From positions 116,191 through 166,262 of the forward strand of contig JAGAPH010000152.1 of NCBI GenBank assembly GCA_017623375.1: 50,072 nt of DNA, written 5' to 3'. Shown here piece by piece: positions 36,212 to 44,172 of the stretch (its first letter is position 1; each line of letters starts with the position of its first letter). The DNA comes from Clostridia bacterium. GTDB taxonomy: Bacteria > Bacillota > Clostridia > Oscillospirales > CAG-272. The translations under genes were made by a program, and so were the position numbers. Under the pieces are notes generated by a model. The model had not been told where the DNA came from, made no database searches, and saw only the letters and a list, made by a program, of their open reading frames with translations.

Positions 36212-36607
36212 ATGAAAACTTATAATGTAACAGTAAACGGCGTAACGTATGCCGTACAGGTTGAAGAGGTTGGCGCGGCTTATGTACCTGCCGCACCTGT
36301 AGCAGCTCCCGCACCCGTAGCAGCTCCTGCTCCTGCAGCAGCTCCCGAACCCGCTGCAGCTCCTGCGGCTCCCAAGGCAACAGGCAGCGCAGGCGCAGTT
36401 TCCATAAAGGCACCCATGCCCGGTAATATCATGAAGGTCAACGCAAAGGTTGGCGCGGCTGTTAAGAAGGGCGACGTTCTCGTAGTCCTTGAAGCAATGA
36501 AGATGGAAAACGACGTATGCGCTCCTCAGGACGGTGTTGTTGCAAGCGTTGAGGTGGCTCAGGGCGCAACAGTTGAGACTGACGCGGTTCTCGTAACCCT
36601 CAACTGA
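36212..36607 (+). CDS. free biotin carboxyl carrier protein (1.3S / MmdC-like)
   Basis: MKTYNVTVNGVTYAVQVEEV N-terminus, a Pro/Ala linker of about 35 aa, and a biotinyl domain with the EAMKMEN biotinylation motif. Confidence 0.9.
   Translation: MKTYNVTVNGVTYAVQVEEVGAAYVPAAPVAAPAPVAAPAPAAAPEPAAAPAAPKATGSAGAVSIKAPMPGNIMKVNAKVGAAVKKGDVLVVLEAMKMENDVCAPQDGVVASVEVAQGATVETDAVLVTLN
36275..36376 (+). repeat. degenerate GCAGCTCC-type tandem repeats encoding the Ala/Pro linker
   Basis: GTAGCAGCTCC, GTAGCAGCTCC, GCAGCAGCTCC and GCTGCAGCTCC units occur within about 100 nt. Confidence 0.6.
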
Positions 36608-36645
36608 TTTTCCGACCATAAAATGTATGAAAGGAAAACAGTTGT

Positions 36646-37989
36646 ATGCTTGAAACAATAAAAAATTTCTTGGACACGACCGGAATAGCACGACTGTTTG
36701 AAAATGAGAATTGGTGGCAGACGGCAGTAATGTTTCTCATTGCTTTCGTTCTCGTTTATCTGGCAATAGTTAAAAAGTTTGAGCCATTGCTCCTTCTTCC
36801 GATCGCTATAGGTATGCTTCTCACGAACCTTCCCGGTAGTGGAATGTTCCATCTTGATCTGTTTATCCCCGCACAGGAAGCAGTTGACGCGTTAGAAGCC
36901 GCGTATGCAGATAAGATCTTGTCGGTTGCTGAATATCAGCAACTGCTTGGACACGGAATCGATGTGGATATGTTCTTTAGCGGTCTCGTTGATGCCGAGT
37001 TTACACAGACGGCGTATGAAGGTCTTATGGAATCGCTTACGTCTGTAAATTACGGTGACGTGCTTCACCACGGCGGTCTGCTCGACCTCCTATATCTTGG
37101 TGTTAAGCTTGGTATCTATCCTTGCCTTATCTTTATCGGTATTGGCGCTATGACAGATTTTTCTCCCCTTATTTCCAATCCGAAAAGCTTGCTTATCGGT
37201 GCGGGCGCACAGTTTGGTGTATTCGTGGCGTTTACAGGGGCGTTGCTTCTCGGTTTTACTCCCGAGGAAGCGGCATCTATCGGTATAATTGGAGGAGCTG
37301 ACGGTCCTACGGCAATTCTTGTAACCAAGACTCTTGCTCCCGCGCTTCTCGGTGCTATCGCTATAGCGGCGTATAGCTATATGGCGCTTATTCCCATGAT
37401 CCAGCCTCCATTTATGAAACTGTTTACTACCAAGAAGGAGCGTCAGATAAAGATGACCGCACTTCGTCAGGTATCAAAGACGGAAAAGATACTTTTCCCG
37501 ATAGTGGTTACCTTTGTGGTAGGACTCATAATTCCCGATGCGGTCCCGTTGGTAGGTTGCTTGATGTTCGGCAACTTGCTCAACGTTTGCGGAGTTACTG
37601 ACAGACTTTCCAAGACTGCTCAGAACGAGCTTATGAATATCGTAACCATATTCCTTGGAATTACCGTTGGCGCAACGGCAAGTGCTGAGAACTTCCTGCG
37701 TAAGGAAACACTCTTTATCATAGCTCTCGGTCTTGTGGCTTTCTGCATATCTACGTGTGGCGGACTTATTACCGCAAAGATAATGAACTGGATCACAGGC
37801 GGAAAGATCAACCCTCTTATCGGTTCTGCGGGCGTTTCCGCGGTTCCTATGGCGGCGAGAGTTTCACAGAAGGTAGGTCAGGCAGAGGATCCCTCCAACT
37901 TCCTTCTTATGCACGCAATGGGTCCCAATGTTGCGGGTGTTATCGGTTCTGCGGTTGCCGCAGGCGTGTTCCTGTCAATGTTTGCGTAA
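36646..37989 (+). CDS. Na+-translocating decarboxylase beta subunit (OadB/MmdB/GcdB family)
   Basis: KKFEPLLLLPIAIG, IGIIGGADGPTAI, AYSYMALIPMIQPP and INPLIGSAGVSAVPMAARV closely match Klebsiella OadB blocks. Confidence 0.92.
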   Translation: MLETIKNFLDTTGIARLFENENWWQTAVMFLIAFVLVYLAIVKKFEPLLLLPIAIGMLLTNLPGSGMFHLDLFIPAQEAVDALEAAYADKILSVAEYQQLLGHGIDVDMFFSGLVDAEFTQTAYEGLMESLTSVNYGDVLHHGGLLDLLYLGVKLGIYPCLIFIGIGAMTDFSPLISNPKSLLIGAGAQFGVFVAFTGALLLGFTPEEAASIGIIGGADGPTAILVTKTLAPALLGAIAIAAYSYMALIPMIQPPFMKLFTTKKERQIKMTALRQVSKTEKILFPIVVTFVVGLIIPDAVPLVGCLMFGNLLNVCGVTDRLSKTAQNELMNIVTIFLGITVGATASAENFLRKETLFIIALGLVAFCISTCGGLITAKIMNWITGGKINPLIGSAGVSAVPMAARVSQKVGQAEDPSNFLLMHAMGPNVAGVIGSAVAAGVFLSMFA

Positions 37990-38012
37990 TAAACTTTAGG
38001 AGGTAATTAATT

Positions 38013-39419
38013 ATGGCACAGGTTAAAATAACAGAAACCGTTCTCCGCGATTCGCATCAGTCGCTTATCGCAACGAGAATGACAACGGAAGAAATGCTTC
38101 CCATACTTGAAAAGCTTGATAAGATCGGTTATCATTCACTTGAGGCATGGGGCGGAGCTACCTTTGACTCATGCTTGCGTTTCCTTAACGAGGATCCTTG
38201 GGACAGACTTCGCAAGATCCGTGCAGGCGTTAAGAACACAAAGCTTCAAATGCTTTTCCGTGGACAGAATATTCTTGGATATCGTCACTATTCCGATGAC
38301 GTGGTTGAATACTTCGTTCAGAAGTCTATTGCTAATGGTATCGATATTCTCAGAATATTTGACGCACTTAACGATCCCCGTAACCTTGAGACTGCAATAA
38401 AGGCAACAATCAAGGAGCAGGGACACGTTCAGGCAGCTATCTGCTACACCACAGACCCTGAGAATAAGATATACACTACAGAGTATTTCACTAACTACGC
38501 AAAGACCCTTGAGAATATGGGCGCAAACTCCATTTGTATCAAGGACATGTCAGGACTTCTTAAGCCCTATGACGCGTATGAGCTTGTGAAAGCTCTTAAG
38601 GAGACCGTTAAGGTTCCGATCCAGCTCCATACTCACTACACCTCAGGACTTGCTTCCATGACCCTTCTTAAGGCTATCGAGGCAGGTGTTGACGTAGTTG
38701 ATACGGCTATCTCTCCCATGGCTATGGGTACGTCTCAGCCTCCTACGGAGTCGCTTGTCGCAACTCTTGCAGGTACTGAGTACGACACAGGAATAGACCT
38801 GGGTCAGCTTGACGAGATCACCAAGTATTTTGCTCCCCTTCGTGAGAAATATCTTGCAAGCGGACAGCTTGATCCCAAGATGCTTAAGGTTGACGTCAAT
38901 GCACTCATCTATCAGGTTCCCGGCGGAATGCTTTCCAACCTCGTTTCTCAGCTTAAGCAGGCAGGTAAGTCCGATAAGCTTATCGACGTGCTTGAGGAAG
39001 TACCGAGAGTAAGAGCAGATTCGGGCTATGCGCCTCTTGTAACTCCTTCTTCGCAGATAGTTGGTACACAGGCAGTGTTCAACGTTATCGGCGGTGAGAG
39101 ATATAAGATGGTAACTAAGGAGTTCAAAGGACTTGTTCAGGGTCAGTACGGTAAGACTCCCGTAGAGATCGATGAAGATTTTGCAAAGAAGATCATCGGC
39201 GATACAGAGAGAATTACTTGCCGCCCTGCAGATAAGCTTGCTCCCGAGCTTGATTCGCTTCGTGAGCAGATCAAGCCTTATCTTGAGCAGGACGAGGACG
39301 TTCTTTCTTATGCGCTCTTTGAGCAGGTAGCGCTCAAGTTCTTTGAGTACAGAAAGGCAAAGAAATACGGTATAGATGCCGATAACGCAGACGCGTCTCT
39401 CGGTATCCATAACGCTTAA
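38013..39419 (+). CDS. oxaloacetate decarboxylase alpha / transcarboxylase 5S-type carboxyltransferase, without biotinyl domain
   Basis: ITETVLRDSHQSL..ATRM N-terminal TIM-barrel signature. 468 aa, ending without any AMKM biotinylation motif. AGGAGG RBS. Confidence 0.9.
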   Translation: MAQVKITETVLRDSHQSLIATRMTTEEMLPILEKLDKIGYHSLEAWGGATFDSCLRFLNEDPWDRLRKIRAGVKNTKLQMLFRGQNILGYRHYSDDVVEYFVQKSIANGIDILRIFDALNDPRNLETAIKATIKEQGHVQAAICYTTDPENKIYTTEYFTNYAKTLENMGANSICIKDMSGLLKPYDAYELVKALKETVKVPIQLHTHYTSGLASMTLLKAIEAGVDVVDTAISPMAMGTSQPPTESLVATLAGTEYDTGIDLGQLDEITKYFAPLREKYLASGQLDPKMLKVDVNALIYQVPGGMLSNLVSQLKQAGKSDKLIDVLEEVPRVRADSGYAPLVTPSSQIVGTQAVFNVIGGERYKMVTKEFKGLVQGQYGKTPVEIDEDFAKKIIGDTERITCRPADKLAPELDSLREQIKPYLEQDEDVLSYALFEQVALKFFEYRKAKKYGIDADNADASLGIHNA

Positions 39420-39421
39420 AT

Positions 39422-39461
39422 AAAAAAACGAGATGTGAATTTTTTCACATCTCGTTTTCTT
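39422..39461. terminator. bidirectional intrinsic terminator between the decarboxylase cluster (+) and glpP-like gene (-)
   Basis: A7 is followed by a 12-bp stem, ACGAGATGTGAA / TTCACATCTCGT, then TTTTCTT. Confidence 0.9.
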
Positions 39462-40008
39462 ATTCATTCCAAAGCTCGTGCTTGCCTGTGGAGATCATTG
39501 AAGCGCCTGAGCCGAGGGCGTGAAATATTTCTTCCTTTTGCTCAATAAGCCCGCCCGCAATGATGGGAATATTAATGTTCGCCTTTATTTTACTGATCGC
39601 TTTGTAAGCAATTCCTGGCATTATCTCAACCATATCTGCCTTGGACGTCCTAAGCGTTTCCAAAGCAGTGTCCACCGATCGGGAATCTATCATAAAAAAT
39701 CGTTGCACCGAAGAAATTCCGCAGTCTGAAGCGGCTGAAATAATATTTGATCGAGTGCTGATAATACCGTCAATATTCTTTGTGGCAAGATAGCGAACGC
39801 CCGCGGCGTCCTTACTAAGACCGTCAACAAAATCCATATGTACGTAAAGCAGTTTACCTTTCTCATGTACACGAGCAGCGTACTCCTCCACGGTGAGTAT
39901 GTTTGCGCTCAGCATGAAGATCGTCTGTATCTCAGACGCAAGAGCAGCCTCGAGATCCTCCTCGGATTTTATTGCCGCAATGATTGGATAATTTTCGTAG
40001 TCAAGCAT
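39460..40008 (-). CDS. glpP: GlpP-family glycerol-3-phosphate-responsive antiterminator homolog
   Basis: 182 aa, colinear by eye with B. subtilis GlpP: PIIAAI.., VHMDFVDGL, DGIISTR, VQRFFMIDS, EIMPGI, IPIIAGGLI. Confidence 0.8.
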   Translation of the reverse strand: MLDYENYPIIAAIKSEEDLEAALASEIQTIFMLSANILTVEEYAARVHEKGKLLYVHMDFVDGLSKDAAGVRYLATKNIDGIISTRSNIISAASDCGISSVQRFFMIDSRSVDTALETLRTSKADMVEIMPGIAYKAISKIKANINIPIIAGGLIEQKEEIFHALGSGASMISTGKHELWNE

Positions 40009-40022
40009 ACATGCCGCCTTTC

Positions 40023-40577
40023 TCAGCCATTTTTAAGTCGCTCAAAAATACTTCTTTCCGTGGCTGCCGCATTGAAGAAATTAAATATTTTTGCAGTTTG
40101 CTCGTCGCAATCAAAGATAAAATAGGTTTTTTTGCCGTTATCACTTTCAAAAAAGCACACACAAGGGTTTTGTGAGGCTTTGGAGGGAATACCGTCTATT
40201 AACCTGTCGCCGTCGTCAGGAGCAATTTTTGAGGAAGTACCGTCATTGTATGGAAAAACCGAGATCATAGATTTGATATCAGCCTCAAGAACTACCTTGC
40301 GGCGGCTCTTGCCGTATATTTTTGAAAAGGTCAATGTGCCCGCCATAAATGAGTATTCATATTCAACGCAGGTGTATTTCCACGTGAGAAGCACCGCAAC
40401 AACTACCGAAAGGGGAGCGAGCAAAAGCATGGCAGAATTAAGACCAAATCGAATAGCAGCAACAAACCAAGCGCTGAATATAACCAAATATAAAAATATC
40501 ACCAAGAGCTTGCTAAGAAGCCACTTGCCCTCAGCGCGCCTTTTCAAAACTCTCTCATAAGACTGAATATCCGCCAT
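40023..40577 (-). CDS. hypothetical two-helix membrane protein, co-transcribed with glpP-like gene
   Basis: ATG 40577 (MADIQSY..) lies 5 nt after GGAGG; the TTG at 40589 sits inside that RBS. Two TM helices and a soluble C-terminal domain. The stop is 14 nt before the glpP ATG. Confidence 0.6.
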   Translation of the reverse strand: MADIQSYERVLKRRAEGKWLLSKLLVIFLYLVIFSAWFVAAIRFGLNSAMLLLAPLSVVVAVLLTWKYTCVEYEYSFMAGTLTFSKIYGKSRRKVVLEADIKSMISVFPYNDGTSSKIAPDDGDRLIDGIPSKASQNPCVCFFESDNGKKTYFIFDCDEQTAKIFNFFNAAATERSIFERLKNG

Positions 40578-40603
40578 ACGTACCTCCAAAAGTATCTACC
40601 ATA

Positions 40604-40632
40604 ATTATAAAGCAAAACGCCTTCAAAGTCAA
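40604..40632 (-). promoter_or_regulatory. promoter for the membrane protein-glpP unit
   Basis: The minus strand reads TTGACT-17 nt-TATAAT. Confidence 0.7.
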
Positions 40633-40744
40633 TATAAATGTCAAAAAACGCCTGCAACTTATAAAAACAACGTGGAAATTAAATAAAAATCTACAATAAG
40701 ATAATAATTTCTATCAATTATTTTGTTTTTCTTAACAAAAAGAC

Positions 40745-40773
40745 TTGTCTTTTTGCTGGGGGTGTGATATAAT
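40745..40773 (+). promoter_or_regulatory. promoter for the polysaccharide locus
   Basis: TTGTCT-17 nt-TATAAT with a TGn extension, 45 nt upstream of GTG 40819. Confidence 0.6.
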
Positions 40774-40818
40774 TAATAAGTATATGGCATTTTATATTAT
40801 TGCTTATGGAGGCAAACC

Positions 40819-41934
40819 GTGAAAATATTTTTGATCGTTACAAAATCCGAAACAATAATTAATTTTCGTAAAGGCTTGATTGAATGTTTGATGTCAAGGG
40901 GACATGAGGTTAGCGTAATTGCCCATGATGAAGATCGAAAAGAAGAGGCTTTAGCGCTTGGAGTTGATTTTTATTGTGTAAAACAAGATAACCGCGGCTT
41001 AAATCCCTTTGCTTTTTTGCGTTATAAAAAGGATATTACAAAAATTTTAGAGGACAATAAACCTGATATTGTATTTACATTTCAGGTTAAGCCCAATACC
41101 TTCGGAGTGCAGGCAGCCAAGGCAGCGAAGATTGAGAACATATATTCAATGGTAGAGGGCGCGGGAGACGTATTTATAGATAATTCGCTGAAATGGAAGT
41201 TTGTTCGTTTTGTTGTTTGCGCGCTTTATAAGCAGTCCTTCAAAAATGCCAAGAAAGTGTTTTTCCTGAATAATGACGACAAAGCGGAATTTATTGCTCG
41301 AAAGCTTGTTAAAGAGGAGCAGTGTGAGATAATACACGGAATTGGCGTTGATTTGGAAAGATTTGATTTCAGACCCGTGAAGAATTACCGAACTTTTTTA
41401 ATGGTTGCCCGTATGCTTAAGACTAAGGGCATATTTGAATACTGCGAGTGCGCGAGAATAGTAAAAAAGAAGTATCCCGACGCGGTTTTTAATTATCTTG
41501 GCGCGGAGGGCTCGGTAACGCTTGAGGATATTAAAGAATACATAGACGACGGAAGTATTAATTATCTCGGAACGACAAGCGACGTCAGACCGTATTTGGA
41601 GGATTGCACTGTCATGGTGCTGCCGAGCTATAGAGAAGGCATGTCCATGTCAACCATGGAAGCCGAAGCAATCGGAAGGGCAATAATTACAAGCAATGCT
41701 GTTGGTTGCAGAGATACAGTTGTTGATGGATATAATGGATTTTTAGTTGAGATCAACGATTATAATTCAATGGCTGAGAAGTGTATTTATATTATTGAAC
41801 ACAAGGAAGAAGCCGTTCAAATGTGCGATAATAGCAGAAAATTTGCTGAGGAGCAGTTTGATAAAGATGTTATAAATGAATACGTTGCTAATATACTTGA
41901 CTTGCAGTTTGCAAATGAAACAGTTAAAATATAA
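40819..41934 (+). CDS. GT4-family (GT-B fold) glycosyltransferase
   Basis: GTG start with a GGAGG RBS. The N-terminus KIFLIVTKSE..GHEV is typical of Glyco_trans_4-like domains. The C-terminal E..G....EA...G.P.I block is present (REGMSMSTMEAEAIGRAIITS). Confidence 0.8.
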   Translation: MKIFLIVTKSETIINFRKGLIECLMSRGHEVSVIAHDEDRKEEALALGVDFYCVKQDNRGLNPFAFLRYKKDITKILEDNKPDIVFTFQVKPNTFGVQAAKAAKIENIYSMVEGAGDVFIDNSLKWKFVRFVVCALYKQSFKNAKKVFFLNNDDKAEFIARKLVKEEQCEIIHGIGVDLERFDFRPVKNYRTFLMVARMLKTKGIFEYCECARIVKKKYPDAVFNYLGAEGSVTLEDIKEYIDDGSINYLGTTSDVRPYLEDCTVMVLPSYREGMSMSTMEAEAIGRAIITSNAVGCRDTVVDGYNGFLVEINDYNSMAEKCIYIIEHKEEAVQMCDNSRKFAEEQFDKDVINEYVANILDLQFANETVKI

Positions 41935-41966
41935 ATTGTTAAGAATTTAAAGAGGAACTATTACTT

Positions 41967-43199
41967 ATGGAAATTTCAAAAAGATTGGCAAAACAGGACT
42001 CTGTGGCTAAATTTTTCTTTTTGCTTTTTTGGTTGTTGAAGCCATTTTATATAAGAGCAAGTGGAACTATACAAATTGGAGACATATGCTTGGTAATTGC
42101 CGTAGCGTTGATACTATTAAGAGGATATATTAGAATAAACCTTATAGATGTAAAATTTTATATATTTTTTGGATTTGTTCTTCTTGTAAATTTAATATAT
42201 TTTATTAAATTAGACGATTTTATATTTTTGAAGTCAACGTTGTTTTTCTTGTTTAATTTATTGGCAATATACGGTTTTAGGGAACTTATTAATGACGATT
42301 ATTTTTTATACAAATTAGATAAGGTCTTAAAACTCAATTTGTTGATACAGTTGTTTTTGTATTTGTTAGATTTAGGAAGATTGCAATCCGAAGGTAGATA
42401 TATGGGAACATATAATGACCCTAATCAGCTTGGATTTGCAATATTAACTACCTATTGTTTGATTTACTGTATAAACAGAAAACTTAATATAAAGGGGAAA
42501 TGGATATTTTTTATCATAGCATCCTTTATGATATACGTAACTTCTTCTATGGGAATGCTTCTTGGAATGCTTATACTGTTTGTCTGTGAGCAATATTTTA
42601 GAATTTCTGTAGTAAAAAAAGAGTATAAGCTTGTTTATACCTTTTATTTAATGTTTTTAACAATAGGTTTGCTTTTAATAGCAAGTATGGGAATTCTTGC
42701 TATTAGTGGCAATTTAAAAGGAAATTTTTATATCTTTGATAGACTTCTTTATAAATTGGATAAGGGAGATACGTTTTTAGAAAGTTTTATTATAGACAGA
42801 TTTTTATATCCTATTGTTAACGCTCCTAAATATTTGCTTCTTGGAAGCGGTGAAGGATTAATGATACGATTTGCTCCAAAAGAAGGTGAGCCTCATTCAA
42901 CGTGGCTTTCAATATGTTTTTACTATGGAATAATTCCGTTTTTATTCCTGTTAAGTTGGGTAAAGGATAATCTTAGAAAAATAGATTATTATGTAATTCC
43001 CGTATATGCGTGTGTATTTATTGAAGCTTTAACCTTGATAAACCATAGACAACCTTCATTTTGGCTTTTGATTGTTTTGGGAAGCGTATTAACAAGAAAA
43101 AAGAGAGAAGATAATTTTATATCAAATAATTATGAAAAACAAAATTTGGTGATAAAAAATGAACGTAATAAAATTCAGCATAATAATTCCAATATATAA
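41967..43199 (+). CDS. wzy: Wzy-type polysaccharide polymerase / O-antigen-ligase-like membrane protein
   Basis: 410 aa, very AT-rich, at least 10 TM helices with one larger loop. It lies inside a Wzx-containing glycan locus. The assignment rests on context and topology only. Confidence 0.6.
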   Translation: MEISKRLAKQDSVAKFFFLLFWLLKPFYIRASGTIQIGDICLVIAVALILLRGYIRINLIDVKFYIFFGFVLLVNLIYFIKLDDFIFLKSTLFFLFNLLAIYGFRELINDDYFLYKLDKVLKLNLLIQLFLYLLDLGRLQSEGRYMGTYNDPNQLGFAILTTYCLIYCINRKLNIKGKWIFFIIASFMIYVTSSMGMLLGMLILFVCEQYFRISVVKKEYKLVYTFYLMFLTIGLLLIASMGILAISGNLKGNFYIFDRLLYKLDKGDTFLESFIIDRFLYPIVNAPKYLLLGSGEGLMIRFAPKEGEPHSTWLSICFYYGIIPFLFLLSWVKDNLRKIDYYVIPVYACVFIEALTLINHRQPSFWLLIVLGSVLTRKKREDNFISNNYEKQNLVIKNERNKIQHNNSNI

Positions 43200-44160
43200 T
43201 GTTGAAAAGTATTTGAATAAATGTGTAGAAAGTGTTTTAAATCAAACTTATCCTAATATCGAAGTGATATTAGTTGACGACGGCTCGACAGACAATAGCG
43301 GAAAGATATGTGATGAGTATGCCCAAAAGGATACTCGTATAAAGGTAATACATAAGGAAAACGGCGGGGCGGGGAGCGCCCGCAATGAAGGGTTAAAACA
43401 TGCAAACGGTCAATACATAAGTTTAATTGACGGCGATGACTGGATTTCAGCAGATTTATTTGAAGATGCTTGCGAAGCTTTAAAACAAGATCCTTTGGAT
43501 ATTTTTTGCTTTGATTATTATGAGGCAACTGAAAAGCAATTCGTGGAAAAACATACTTGGTTATCAGAAGGATATTACGACAAATCAAGAATGGAGAAAG
43601 AAATTTACCCCAATCTGATTAGAAACATCAATGGTAAAAGGGTTCCGCCAAATTTGTGCTTTAAAATATTCGCAAGAAATTTGTACGAAAAATTTCAAAA
43701 TATAGTTGACTCTTCTATACGAATAGGTGAAGATGAATGCGTTTGTTTGCCGTGTGTTTATAATGCTAATAACATATATATTTCTCATAAATGTTATTAT
43801 TATTACAGACAAAACAATTTATCGGTCACCAAAGCTCGTAAAGAATATCCGTGGACAGATATACCCTTGAGAGTAAATACATATAGAAAATATCTGCCTA
43901 TCAATGAGTACGATTTTGAAAATCAAATAAATCGTTTGATAGTTCACGAGCTTTTTAACATTGCCTTGTCATATTTGCGAACCGATAGACCTTATAAAGA
44001 AACAAAAAAAGAAATAATAAGTAATTTTAATTCTGATTTTTATACTGAGGCAATATCGCATTGTAAGTATAAAAATAATATTAAAGAACAGTTGGCAACG
44101 TTTGCCGTCAGACATAAAAAAATATTTATGATTTATCTATATGCAAAGCTTTTTAGATAA
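43159..44160 (+). CDS. GT2-family glycosyltransferase
   Basis: FSIIIPIYNVEKYL..LVDDGSTD..GGAGSARN..IDGDDW is a GT-A DxD-type signature. The start overlaps wzy by 41 nt. Confidence 0.88.
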   Translation: MNVIKFSIIIPIYNVEKYLNKCVESVLNQTYPNIEVILVDDGSTDNSGKICDEYAQKDTRIKVIHKENGGAGSARNEGLKHANGQYISLIDGDDWISADLFEDACEALKQDPLDIFCFDYYEATEKQFVEKHTWLSEGYYDKSRMEKEIYPNLIRNINGKRVPPNLCFKIFARNLYEKFQNIVDSSIRIGEDECVCLPCVYNANNIYISHKCYYYYRQNNLSVTKARKEYPWTDIPLRVNTYRKYLPINEYDFENQINRLIVHELFNIALSYLRTDRPYKETKKEIISNFNSDFYTEAISHCKYKNNIKEQLATFAVRHKKIFMIYLYAKLFR

Positions 44161-44172
44161 AAAGGTGGTAGT

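Noticed and set aside
35832-36413. A 193-aa minus-strand ORF rich in L, Q, R, E and P opposite oadG and the biotin carrier.
   Set aside because: It is the mirror image of the Ala/Pro-linker repeats and of an open antisense frame. It is low-complexity, and both sense genes have strong RBSs and clear family motifs.
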